From Deferribacterales bacterium (lineage in GTDB: Bacteria; Chrysiogenota; Deferribacteres; Deferribacterales; Geovibrionaceae): DNA of 64,000 nucleotides. The stretch's first letter is position 1. Every line of letters begins with the position of its first letter. The stretch spans positions 32,001 through 96,000 of the forward strand of contig JBFWLW010000003.1 of NCBI GenBank assembly GCA_050251945.1. Direction: 5' to 3'. The notes beneath the pieces are model-generated. The model made no database searches. It worked only from the letters and a program-made list of their open reading frames with translations, and was not told the origin of the DNA. This document shows positions 20,709 to 29,710 of this stretch, piece by piece. A program made the position numbers and the translations under genes.

Positions 20709-21771
20709 CGTTTTTCCCCTTAGTTATGCGTTTGTTGACGGCGTGTGCGCCTATACCCGCGATGGTTCCGATAACAGCTGCGCCTGCAAATGTCGTAACA
20801 TCAGTGCCGTATGCTGTTTTAAGGGTGTTGGGACCTCTGTGGGGTTCCATTTTCTCGTCGTGGCAGTCGCCGCAATCCATTTTGCCTCTGGTGAACTGAC
20901 CTGTTTCAAATTTTTCACCCTTGTCGTGGCATGTCATACAACCCACCGTGTCGTGTGAAAGCTTCATTGGGAAAACAGCGTCCAGTTCGCCTTTCATATG
21001 CGCGTTCAGCATTTTTACAGCCATAGCCGCAATATCCCCTGTGATACGTCCGCATCTTTCTGCACGTTCCTTTGATCCGCTGGCATAGCCGGATTTTTCG
21101 CACCATTTGCCCACGCTGACGTGGCAGAGAACGGAATCGCTGGCGGAGCGAAGAAGCGCTTTATCGGATTTCATCTTTTTAGGATAAAATTCGTGATGCA
21201 CTGCCATATCGTTTGATTCCTTCGTTGGAAACTCTTCAACTTCATAGTATCTGAGCAGTCTCTGGATCAGCTTTTCCGCCTGTTCCATAGGGAGTATGTA
21301 TGTGATGGCGCAGGCGGCTCCGTTTGGCGCACCGCAGAGAGTACCGAATCCGGCAACACCGCCGGCACCGTATGACATGGGAACCTGAAGCCCGTGTTTT
21401 TTGTTATCAATGTTTGCCATGAAATCATCCATGGTGGGCAGGGGGATGGTGGTGTAGGGATATCCGGCTTTTTCCTTAAGTGCAGTCATGATCCCCCAGA
21501 ATGCACCGCCTGCGCACTCCTGAAGGTAATAGCCGAGGTGTCCGAGCTTGCGCACATATTCAGGATCCAACTCCTGATATTTGCCCCATGGCAGCTTAGG
21601 CGTCTGACCGGGTTCTGTGGGAGTCGCAGGCTCCACAGCGTCCGGCTGGACTGCCGTTTCGGCAGGTTTTTCCTCATCCGCAAATGCATTGCCCGCTGCC
21701 ACACTGCAGACGGCGGCAGTTGACAAAGCAGCCACCCCCTTAATAAAATCCCTTCTGTTCAAAGTCTTCAT
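20695..21771 (-). CDS. Tat-exported C-GCAxxG-C-C family, split-Soret cytochrome c-like protein with C-terminal membrane anchor
   Basis: NRRDFIK Tat motif, Cys pattern ECAGG / LCGA / LCH / ERC, two CxxCH (CMTCH, CGDCH) and a C-terminal hydrophobic helix. Confidence 0.8.
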   Translation of the reverse strand: MKTLNRRDFIKGVAALSTAAVCSVAAGNAFADEEKPAETAVQPDAVEPATPTEPGQTPKLPWGKYQELDPEYVRKLGHLGYYLQECAGGAFWGIMTALKEKAGYPYTTIPLPTMDDFMANIDNKKHGLQVPMSYGAGGVAGFGTLCGAPNGAACAITYILPMEQAEKLIQRLLRYYEVEEFPTKESNDMAVHHEFYPKKMKSDKALLRSASDSVLCHVSVGKWCEKSGYASGSKERAERCGRITGDIAAMAVKMLNAHMKGELDAVFPMKLSHDTVGCMTCHDKGEKFETGQFTRGKMDCGDCHDEKMEPHRGPNTLKTAYGTDVTTFAGAAVIGTIAGIGAHAVNKRITKGKNDDEE

Positions 21772-22067
21772 GTGTTACCTCTCAGAAAAAAAGTATTAAA
21801 AGTACATATTGATATTCATGCGATTATCTCATCGCCTACCAACCACGCAAAAATACTGTCTGCGCAGAACTATAGTTAAGCGCACTAATTAAATGAACAT
21901 TGGTGAATTACAGATATTTGAACACAGTGCGACCGTTGCCGCAAATTGCGAATAATGAAGGATAAAATTAATTATAATTTAAAACTGTCTTGCTTTTACT
22001 AAACAATAGCACTATAAATATTATTATCCAATCAATAATACTTGATTCGCATATAAGGGAATCTTAT

Positions 22068-22952
22068 ATGAACATTACGATCAGACAGATTGAAACATTT
22101 TACTACACTGCAAAACTGGGCAGTCTTTCGCTTGCGGCGGATAAACTCTGCATTACGCAGGCGGCAGCCAGCATGGCTTTGAAAGAATTTGAACATCAGA
22201 TGGGCGAACAGCTCTTCGAGCGTGCCGGCAAAAAGCTGATACTCAACGGCAAGGGCAGCGCCATACTCGAAACCACGGCTGAAATACTATCGAAATCCTG
22301 CGAACTTGCCACTTTCTTCTCTGAAAAACCCTGCCTCTGCGGTAACGTCATTCTTGGTACCATCCCGTCCATAGCAAACTATGTAATGCCGGAGTACATC
22401 ACCAGCTTCATAGAAAAGAACAGAATGGGCAGCATCAACATACACATCGGCAACAGTCAGACTATCATCGACAGGGTTCTGCGGTTTGAGGACGACGCAG
22501 GCATCATCGACAAATGCTGCTGTCAGCCCACACTGCGCGCCCTTCCATGGCTTAAGGACGAACTTGCCATCTGCGTGTCCCCAAACCATCCGCTGGCGGA
22601 TAAAGAAGAGGTTACTAAAGACGATCTGCAAAACTGCAAATGGATAATGAGGGAATACGGCGCAGGTTCCAGAAGGGTTCTGGAGGCTCAGATAAAGACG
22701 CACGACATAAAACTGGACGTACTCTGCGAGATGGAGCACAACGAGGCTATAATGACCGCCGTTGCGGGCGGCGATGCGTTGAGCTGTCTTTCAAAGAACG
22801 TGCTTGCGGATATGATACGGCTGAACAGGATAAAGACTTTGAACACCCCGTTCATGAACATGCACAGGCAGTTTTATTTCATCATACATCAGGACAAGTA
22901 CCGCCCGAGGCTCCTGCGGGAGTTCATGAAACATATGGGACTGGAAAACTAA
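22068..22952 (+). CDS. LysR-family regulator (YeiE/CysL-like)
   Basis: MNITIRQI..HTH TQAAASMALKEFE..LFER and WIMREYGAGSR. Start placed at ATG 22068. Confidence 0.9.
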   Translation: MNITIRQIETFYYTAKLGSLSLAADKLCITQAAASMALKEFEHQMGEQLFERAGKKLILNGKGSAILETTAEILSKSCELATFFSEKPCLCGNVILGTIPSIANYVMPEYITSFIEKNRMGSINIHIGNSQTIIDRVLRFEDDAGIIDKCCCQPTLRALPWLKDELAICVSPNHPLADKEEVTKDDLQNCKWIMREYGAGSRRVLEAQIKTHDIKLDVLCEMEHNEAIMTAVAGGDALSCLSKNVLADMIRLNRIKTLNTPFMNMHRQFYFIIHQDKYRPRLLREFMKHMGLEN

Positions 22953-23635
22953 AGAGCCATATCAGCCGCCGTCTGCGCATGTATAACAGTTGTGTCGAAA
23001 ACAGCTATGGAGCTGTCCTGCGGTTTTATAAGCAGTCCTATCTCCGTGCAGCCGAGGATAACACCCTCCGCGCCGCGTTTCTCGAGACAATTTATGATAA
23101 GCTGATAGCGCAGTTTTGATTCGTGCTTTACTAAGCCCTGAACCAGCTCTTCGTAGATTATATTGTGAACCGTGTCTCTGTCCGCCTTTTCAGGCACTAT
23201 AACTTCCAGTCCGCTGTCGATAAGCCTCTGTTTATAAAAATCCTGCTCCATAGTGTAACGCGTGCCGAGCAGCGCAACTTTTTTCAAGCCCTGCGCCTTT
23301 ACGGCTGTGCAGGTTGCGTCGGCTATGTGGACGAAGGGTATCTTCACGCTGTTCTGTATTTTGTCCGCAACTTTGTGCATCGTGTTTGTGCAGAGCAGAA
23401 TGAAATCCGCGCCGCCCGCCTCAAGACGTTTTGCGGCATCGGCAAGAATCTCCCCCGCCTCGTCCCATCGGTTCTGCACCTGAAGAGTTTCTATCTCCGC
23501 AAAATCGACGGAATATATCAGACATTTTGCCGAGCTGAACCCGCCCAGCTTTTCTTTTATCCGCTGATTTATAAGTTTGTAATATTCTGCCGACGACTCC
23601 CAGCTCATGCCGCCGATAAGCCCTATAACCTTCAT
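22949..23635 (-). CDS. Aspartate/glutamate racemase family (YgeA/RacX-like)
   Basis: MKVIGLIGGMSWES, with catalytic cysteines in LCTNTMH and LGCTEI. Confidence 0.93.
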   Translation of the reverse strand: MKVIGLIGGMSWESSAEYYKLINQRIKEKLGGFSSAKCLIYSVDFAEIETLQVQNRWDEAGEILADAAKRLEAGGADFILLCTNTMHKVADKIQNSVKIPFVHIADATCTAVKAQGLKKVALLGTRYTMEQDFYKQRLIDSGLEVIVPEKADRDTVHNIIYEELVQGLVKHESKLRYQLIINCLEKRGAEGVILGCTEIGLLIKPQDSSIAVFDTTVIHAQTAADMAL

Positions 23636-23708
23636 GATAGCGCCTCCTGTCACTCTAAGATTGTCAAGATAAAGCCTGTGTGTCAATATGTATGGTGAAA
23701 GGTGGTAC

Positions 23709-25292
23709 ATGAAAAAGAAATTTTACTCCCTGCCGATCCGTATGCAGATGCTTATTATGATCTCCTTCGTTGTTCTTCTTCAATTATTTTTCAGCGGAAT
23801 ACTTTTTTCCGGCATGGTTGCGGACTTCCTCAAGATACAGATAGGCGACAAAGCACTCCGCATAGCGGAAACAATCGCTTCGCTGCCGGAAGTTCAGGAA
23901 GCGGCTGCTCTTGGAGACCGGGACGGTGCCATGCAGGAACTTGCCGAAAATATCCGCAAATCCACAGACGCGCGCTACATTGTTATAGCCAACAGAGACG
24001 GAATACGTCTTTCTCATCCAAATCCGGAAAACATCGGAAAAAAATTCAGCGGAGTGGACTATTATGACGCTCTTCTCAACGGCAAATCATACGTTTCAGA
24101 ATCGGTTGGAACTCTGGGTCCATCCATCAGAGGTATAACGCCGATATTCTGCTATGGGGAAACAGTCGGGTTCGTCGCAGTCGGCTACCTTAAAAGCAGT
24201 GTACAGGCAACCATTTTTGAACATCAGAAAAAACCGCTGGTCTTCGTATTTATGATGCTCGTAACAGGGTTGACAGCCGCTGTTCTCATCGCAAATTACC
24301 AGAAAAAAGTCACTCTGGGGCTTGAACCGGCAGAGATAGCCGATCTTTTCATAGAGCGGACTGCGGTCATAGAATCTGTCCGTCCGGGAGTCATAGCGGT
24401 CAATGCAGATAAAAAAATACGCCTGATAAACAAGTCCGCCGTGAGGGCGCTTAATATAAACGACGATGTCACCGACCGGAACCTCAGTGAAATATTCCCA
24501 TCCGAACAGGTGGACAGGGTTCTCTTTTCAGGCGGAAACGCGGAGGACAGCGAAATATTCATCAGCGGAGTTTCAGTTCTCTGCAATATTATGCCTGTAA
24601 TGTATATGGACAGGATACAGGGTGCCGTTATAACATTCAGACGCAAAGATGAACTTGAAGTTCTGTCACAGGAGCTTAACCGAGTAAAAAGCCTGTCCGA
24701 TATGCTGCGCGTGCAGTCTCACGAATATTCCAATAAGCTCCACACGATAGCGGGACTTATCCAGCTGGGTGCATATCAGGAAGCGCAGGAGCTTATTCTT
24801 GCCGAAACCGCGGAATATCATGATATGATGTCCGCCGTGAACACTGCGATACCAGACCCGGTGGTGTCCGCCGTTGTCATGGGAAAATACAACAGGGCAA
24901 GGGAACTTAAAATTGATTTTGTGATATCAAAGGAAAGCAGCATGGCGGACATACCGCCCCGCATCGACAGGAAAAAAATTGTGACCATCCTCGGCAATCT
25001 GCTGGACAACGCTTTCGATGCCGTGCAGGATGCCCCGGAAAAACGTGTTGTCATGTCCATGCAGGATACCGGTTCATCCCTTATTTTCACAGTTGAGGAT
25101 TCAGGCACAGGAATGGACGGCGGGCTTTCTGAAGACATTTTCAACAAAGGGGTCAGCACAAAAGGCGAAGGCAGAGGGATTGGTCTTTATCTGGTGAGCC
25201 GCGCGCTCACAGAGCTTAAAGGTTCTGTCGGCATAGCCAAAAGCAGGCTCGGCGGTGTAAAATTCCGTATAAGCATCCCGAAAGAGGTGTGA
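23709..25292 (+). CDS. CitA/DcuS-family sensor histidine kinase
   Basis: Periplasmic RLSHP..IGK sensor motif, PAS domain, LRVQSHEYSNKLH H-box, LGNLLDNA and a G-box. Confidence 0.93.
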   Translation: MKKKFYSLPIRMQMLIMISFVVLLQLFFSGILFSGMVADFLKIQIGDKALRIAETIASLPEVQEAAALGDRDGAMQELAENIRKSTDARYIVIANRDGIRLSHPNPENIGKKFSGVDYYDALLNGKSYVSESVGTLGPSIRGITPIFCYGETVGFVAVGYLKSSVQATIFEHQKKPLVFVFMMLVTGLTAAVLIANYQKKVTLGLEPAEIADLFIERTAVIESVRPGVIAVNADKKIRLINKSAVRALNINDDVTDRNLSEIFPSEQVDRVLFSGGNAEDSEIFISGVSVLCNIMPVMYMDRIQGAVITFRRKDELEVLSQELNRVKSLSDMLRVQSHEYSNKLHTIAGLIQLGAYQEAQELILAETAEYHDMMSAVNTAIPDPVVSAVVMGKYNRARELKIDFVISKESSMADIPPRIDRKKIVTILGNLLDNAFDAVQDAPEKRVVMSMQDTGSSLIFTVEDSGTGMDGGLSEDIFNKGVSTKGEGRGIGLYLVSRALTELKGSVGIAKSRLGGVKFRISIPKEV

Positions 25293-25293
25293 A

Positions 25294-25974
25294 ATGAATA
25301 CGATAAGAACACTCATTATCGAAGACGATATAAAAATATCTGAACTGCATCGGCGGTTTCTGGAAAAAGTCGGCGGGTTTGAAATCATAGGTATAGCCAA
25401 CAGCCTTGCCGACGGCGAATACATGATAGAAAACCTTGACCCTGAACTTGTTCTTCTCGATCTGTTCTTTCCCGACGGGAACGGGATAGATTTTCTGAAA
25501 AAGACCCGACAGCAGGGCAAAAGCGTTGATTTTATCCTCATTACGGCGGCGAAAGAGGCACATCTGCTGCAGGACGCTCTGAGAGGCGGAATATTTGACT
25601 ACATCGTCAAGCCTGTGATATTCGACCGCTTCAAAGCATCGCTTGAGAAATTCCGCAACTTCCGCCATGAGCTTACAAGATGCACCATTCTGGAACAGCA
25701 GGCCATAGACAACATAATTCACCCGGCGGCAGAAGCCGCAGAAGCAGCCGACAGCCCAAAGGGAATAGACCCCATAACCCTGAAAAAAGTGTGCGGAGTT
25801 TTTGAAAACACCGACGGAAAAGGATTCTCCGCGGAAGAGGTCGGGAAGATAATAGGGGCGAGCCGCAATACGGCAAGACGATATCTGGAATATCTGCTGT
25901 CGTCAGGCTTTCTGTATGCTGACATAGATTACGGAACAGTGGGCAGACCGGAACGCATATTTTACAGAAACTGA
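25294..25974 (+). CDS. CitB/DcuR-family response regulator
   Basis: Receiver domain (EDD, LLD, KP) plus C-terminal SRNTARRYLEYL..YGTVGRP. Confidence 0.93.
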   Translation: MNTIRTLIIEDDIKISELHRRFLEKVGGFEIIGIANSLADGEYMIENLDPELVLLDLFFPDGNGIDFLKKTRQQGKSVDFILITAAKEAHLLQDALRGGIFDYIVKPVIFDRFKASLEKFRNFRHELTRCTILEQQAIDNIIHPAAEAAEAADSPKGIDPITLKKVCGVFENTDGKGFSAEEVGKIIGASRNTARRYLEYLLSSGFLYADIDYGTVGRPERIFYRN

Positions 25975-25979
25975 CCCCG

Positions 25980-26024
25980 TGAGCAATATGAGCAAAATCA
26001 CCGGAAATAACAAAATCAACAGTA
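25980..26024 (+). promoter_or_regulatory. Five phased 9-bp imperfect direct repeats, candidate CitB-family operator
   Basis: TGAGCAATA TGAGCAAAA TCACCGGAA ATAACAAAA TCAACAGTA upstream of the flavocytochrome gene. Confidence 0.4.
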
Positions 26025-26103
26025 TTTTGGCAATATTGAACTAATGTAATTTTTAAGTCATTTTAATGTCACAAAGTCTTAACTGCTACTATGGAGGACG
26101 AAG

Positions 26104-27588
26104 ATGAGTGATATTAAAAGACGTGACTTTATCAAAGGCGCAGTGGCATCAGTTGTCACAGCCGGAATATTCTCGGCTCCCAACGCATCCGCACAGGTTT
26201 TCTGTAACGCGGACAAGATAAAATGGGACGAAACACTCGACACGGTTATCATAGGCTCAGGCTTCGCAGGTCTGACAGCCGCATGCCATTCCAAACTGAA
26301 CGGGACTGATCCCGTTATCTTTGAAAAACGCGCACTGGTGGGCGGAAACTCCGTTCTTTCAACGGCATGGCTGAACGCCGCAGAAACAACAATCCAGCGG
26401 GACAAATTCGGTATCATGGACGACAGCCACGAACTGCACTATCAGGATACCATGAAAGGCGGCGACTTCAAAAACGACCCCGCAATGGTGAAAAAACTTA
26501 CCGACGAGGTTACAAACTCCGTCGAATGGCTCAAATCAATAGGCGCCCCCTTCCCGAAAGTAATCTTCATGGGCGGAGCCGTTAAAAAGAGAGCCCACGC
26601 CGTTTCAAACGAATACGGCGGCGGACTTGTCAAACTGCTCTACAACAAAACAAAAGAACTCAAAATACCGCTTCGCAAGAAAACAAACGTTCTTGACTTC
26701 GTGATTGTCGAAGACAAAAACGGCGTAAAAGAGATGCAGGGGCTTTACGTCGATCAGAACGGCAAGAAAAAATATGTTCGTGTAAAACGTGCGGTTATCG
26801 TTGCCACAGGGGGATTCGGAGGCAGTGCCGAGATGGTTGAAAGATATGACCCTTCACTGAAAGGTTATGCGACAACCAACTTCAGAGACGCCTCCACGGG
26901 AGAGGCAATGGTAGCCGCCATGGACAAAGGCGCTGACACAGCCGGAATTAACTATATCCAGATTCACCCCACCCTCTCGCGCACTGAAAGCGGAAAGGGT
27001 AATATCCTCATCACCGAGGGGCTGCGGGGAACAGGATTCATACTGATAAATAACCAGTGTAAAAGATTCGTAATGGATCTTGACAGAAGGGACGTGGTCT
27101 CCGCAGCCATCCTCCAGCAGCCGCAAAAGTATGCGATACTTATCGGCAGTCAGGAAACATACGAAGGCAAAGTGGCTGACTATATCAAACTCGGTCTTGC
27201 GTTTGAGGCAAACACTCTGCAGGAACTCGCGCAAAAGGTCAAACTTGACCCCGCCGCTCTTGCTGATGTCATCAGCGAATACAACGGCTACGTTAAAGCA
27301 GGCAAAGACCCGCAGTTCAACAGACGCGACCTCACAAAACCGATACTCACGGCACCTTTTTATGCCATACCCGTTCAGCCCGCAATTCACCACACAATGG
27401 GCGGTCTGCGCATAAACACCGAAGGTCAGGTGGTTGACGTTCACGGAAACATCATCAGGCGCATGTATGCCGCAGGCGAAGTTACCGGCGGTATCCATGG
27501 AACAAACAGACTCGGCGGCAATGCAGTCGCAGACTGTCTCACATTCGGAAGACTTGCGGCACAAAGAGCCGCACAGGAAAATGCTTAA
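26104..27588 (+). CDS. Tat-exported flavocytochrome c flavin subunit (soluble fumarate-reductase family)
   Basis: KRRDFIK Tat signal, GSGFAG FAD motif, and QIHPT, ITEGLRG, HHTMGG, NRLGGNA. Confidence 0.92.
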   Translation: MSDIKRRDFIKGAVASVVTAGIFSAPNASAQVFCNADKIKWDETLDTVIIGSGFAGLTAACHSKLNGTDPVIFEKRALVGGNSVLSTAWLNAAETTIQRDKFGIMDDSHELHYQDTMKGGDFKNDPAMVKKLTDEVTNSVEWLKSIGAPFPKVIFMGGAVKKRAHAVSNEYGGGLVKLLYNKTKELKIPLRKKTNVLDFVIVEDKNGVKEMQGLYVDQNGKKKYVRVKRAVIVATGGFGGSAEMVERYDPSLKGYATTNFRDASTGEAMVAAMDKGADTAGINYIQIHPTLSRTESGKGNILITEGLRGTGFILINNQCKRFVMDLDRRDVVSAAILQQPQKYAILIGSQETYEGKVADYIKLGLAFEANTLQELAQKVKLDPAALADVISEYNGYVKAGKDPQFNRRDLTKPILTAPFYAIPVQPAIHHTMGGLRINTEGQVVDVHGNIIRRMYAAGEVTGGIHGTNRLGGNAVADCLTFGRLAAQRAAQENA

Positions 27589-27636
27589 TTTTTGCGGGGG
27601 AGCGACGTCTCCCCCTTTTTTACCGATGAGGATATT

Positions 27637-27975
27637 ATGAAACTTAAAGCTATAATAATACTTACAGTTCTGGCTTTCATCGCCGTTGTTGTTTCAGGTG
27701 CTGTCGCTCAGGAGCTTAAGGGCAAACACAAAGAGAACAGCATAGCCTGCGTTGACTGTCACAAAACGGAAACGCCGGATTCACCCGCAGACGTTGAAGC
27801 GTGTGTGGAGTGTCACGGCACACAAGAGGATATGGCAAAGGTTACCGAAAAACTGCCAATCAATCCTCACGATTCGCATTTAGGCGAAATAGACTGCACC
27901 GAATGTCATAAAATACATGAACCTTCGGTGATCTTCTGCAATCAGTGCCATAACTATAAAATGAATCTGAAATAA
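27637..27975 (+). CDS. Small tetrahaem cytochrome c partner subunit
   Basis: Sec signal and four CxxCH (CVDCH, CVECH, CTECH, CNQCH). RBS GAGGA before ATG 27637. Confidence 0.93.
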   Translation: MKLKAIIILTVLAFIAVVVSGAVAQELKGKHKENSIACVDCHKTETPDSPADVEACVECHGTQEDMAKVTEKLPINPHDSHLGEIDCTECHKIHEPSVIFCNQCHNYKMNLK

Positions 27976-27999
27976 CCTCCTTTTACACGTCACATTCTT

Positions 28000-28024
28000 A
28001 AGGGCGGAAATTCTCCGCCCTTTC
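28000..28024 (+). terminator. Intrinsic terminator
   Basis: AAGGGCGGA-AATTC-TCCGCCCTT followed by Ts. Confidence 0.7.
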
Positions 28025-28038
28025 TTATTTCCGCAATA

Positions 28039-28111
28039 AGACTGCTTCGGGCTAAAACCCTCGCAGAGACGGTTTTCGTCTTCGCGAGGAGCGTCAGCGA
28101 CGCGGCGATCT
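28039..28111 (+). repeat. Palindromic core of the MITE family, without terminal inverted repeats
   Basis: AGACTGCTTCG..CCTCGCAGAGAC..GTCTTCGCGAGGAGCG..GCGATCT is shared with the three full elements. Confidence 0.75.
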
Positions 28112-28154
28112 GAATCCTTCTTTTTTTAATCGTTCCGAAGAGCTGAATTTTTCC

Positions 28155-28173
28155 GCAAGAATCGGGTGGAAAC
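28155..28173 (+). promoter_or_regulatory. 19-bp box GCAAGAATCGGGTGGAAAC, copy 1, candidate Cada2/Ada site
   Basis: Exact match to 30879-30897. A -10-like TGTAAT starts 33 bp after the box start. Confidence 0.6.
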
Positions 28174-28217
28174 ATCTCTTATTTAGCTGTAATCTGTATC
28201 CTCATCAGGAGAATAAT

Positions 28218-28877
28218 ATGAAAACAGTTTTCGCGCCCGGCTGTGCGCTTTTCATCCATAACATAGAACTTGCAGAGAAAATATCCGCATATCTGAGAGC
28301 CAGATACAACATAGGCGAGGTACATGAAACCTGCTGCCATCATGACCCGAATGTCACCGAGGAAACAAAACTGGTCTGCGTCTGTTCGGGATGCATACGC
28401 CGTTACGACACTCTGTACTATGACGTGAGCGCCATCTCCCTTTGGGAGCTTATCGACCGCGATCCCGACTTTAACTTTCCGGACTATGGCGGCATGACCA
28501 TGACTGTGCTTGACGCCTGCCCGACAAGACTCTATCCGCAAATGCACGATGCCGTGCGCTCCATAATGGAAAAGATGAATATAAAAATCGTCGAACCGGC
28601 GCGGACAGGAAGCGAAGGAAAATGCTGCGGAGACAGTTTTTACGGTGTTCTGCCGAAAGAACAGGTTATTGGAAAGATGTGCGAGCGCGGAAACGAGATG
28701 CCCGCGGAAGACGTCGCAGTGTACTGCGTATCCTGCGTTAAGGCGATGAAGAACGGCGGAAAAACTCCGCGTTATCTGCCAGACCTGCTGTTCGGCACTG
28801 ACACGCCAGCTGGTGAGTGCGACCCAGACGCATGGCACGCACAGGTTGACGATTTCATTGAGAAACACCAGACCTAA
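28218..28877 (+). CDS. Cys-rich CCG-domain (Fe-S)-binding protein
   Basis: APGC, TCC, CSGC, DACP, KCCG and YCVSC motifs. RBS AGGAG. Confidence 0.75.
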   Translation: MKTVFAPGCALFIHNIELAEKISAYLRARYNIGEVHETCCHHDPNVTEETKLVCVCSGCIRRYDTLYYDVSAISLWELIDRDPDFNFPDYGGMTMTVLDACPTRLYPQMHDAVRSIMEKMNIKIVEPARTGSEGKCCGDSFYGVLPKEQVIGKMCERGNEMPAEDVAVYCVSCVKAMKNGGKTPRYLPDLLFGTDTPAGECDPDAWHAQVDDFIEKHQT

Positions 28878-29652
28878 GATATTTGGCGGGCGGACTGCCC
28901 GTCTCCTTGCGGAATGATTCTATGAATGCACTAATACTCTGGTAACCGAGATCGTAAGCCGCCTCGGTAACGGACATGCCGCTGTCCATCATCTGCACCG
29001 CCTTGATCATCTTAAGCCTCTTCCGCCATACGCCAAACGTCATACCCGTCTCTTTCAGAAAAATTCTGGCGAAATTGCGCGGACTCGTGTTCGCTTCTAC
29101 AGCCCATTCATCAAGGGTTTTCCGGCATGACGGATTCTCGTCAAGATACTGCATTATGCGAACCAGAAGAGGGCTGGAAGCAGCAGGCAAACAAAAAGGT
29201 TCCTCCTTCGCTTCCGCTATTTCATCAACTAAAACAGCAGACAAGTTAGCCAGCTTACTGATATCCGCAGTTTGACAGAATTTCGCTATCAGCTCCCGAA
29301 GGAAAGGGCTTACAGACATAACAAAGCATCTGTCCGGCAGTCTGTGGGTGCACGACGGGTCGAAGAAAAGATTTTTCACCAGTGTTCTGCCTGAAAATTC
29401 AGCTCTGTGGGAAACACCGCCCGGAATCCAAACCGCCTGCAGAGGGGGAACCACCCACATACCTTTCTCAGTTATAACTTTCTTCACCCCTGCACTGGCA
29501 TACATAAGCTGTCCTCTGGGATGCTCATGGAAATCAGGACATATCTGACCGTGTATCTCTGCAACATAGGTCATTACAGGTCTTGAGCCATCGATTACAT
29601 AGCCGGTTTCGACAGGTTTAAAATTTGTCTGTTTTACGATATTCATAGTCAT
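28855..29652 (-). CDS. AraC-family regulator with cupin sensor domain (NimR-like); start uncertain
   Basis: FHEHPRGQL, WVVPP..AVWIP and C-terminal double HTH (LGYQSISAFIESFRK). Confidence 0.9.
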   Translation of the reverse strand: MTMNIVKQTNFKPVETGYVIDGSRPVMTYVAEIHGQICPDFHEHPRGQLMYASAGVKKVITEKGMWVVPPLQAVWIPGGVSHRAEFSGRTLVKNLFFDPSCTHRLPDRCFVMSVSPFLRELIAKFCQTADISKLANLSAVLVDEIAEAKEEPFCLPAASSPLLVRIMQYLDENPSCRKTLDEWAVEANTSPRNFARIFLKETGMTFGVWRKRLKMIKAVQMMDSGMSVTEAAYDLGYQSISAFIESFRKETGSPPAKYLRSGVSQ

Positions 29653-29690
29653 ATTATCGTTAGATTTTCAGCTACTGCAAGGTTTATAAT
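29627..29690 (+). promoter_or_regulatory. Tandem AraC-type sites and -10 element of the leuA-like gene
   Basis: GTC-N7-CG is repeated at 21-bp spacing (29627, 29648). TATAAT at 29685-29690. Confidence 0.45.
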
Positions 29691-29710
29691 CTTTCCCACA
29701 GGAGGATGAC

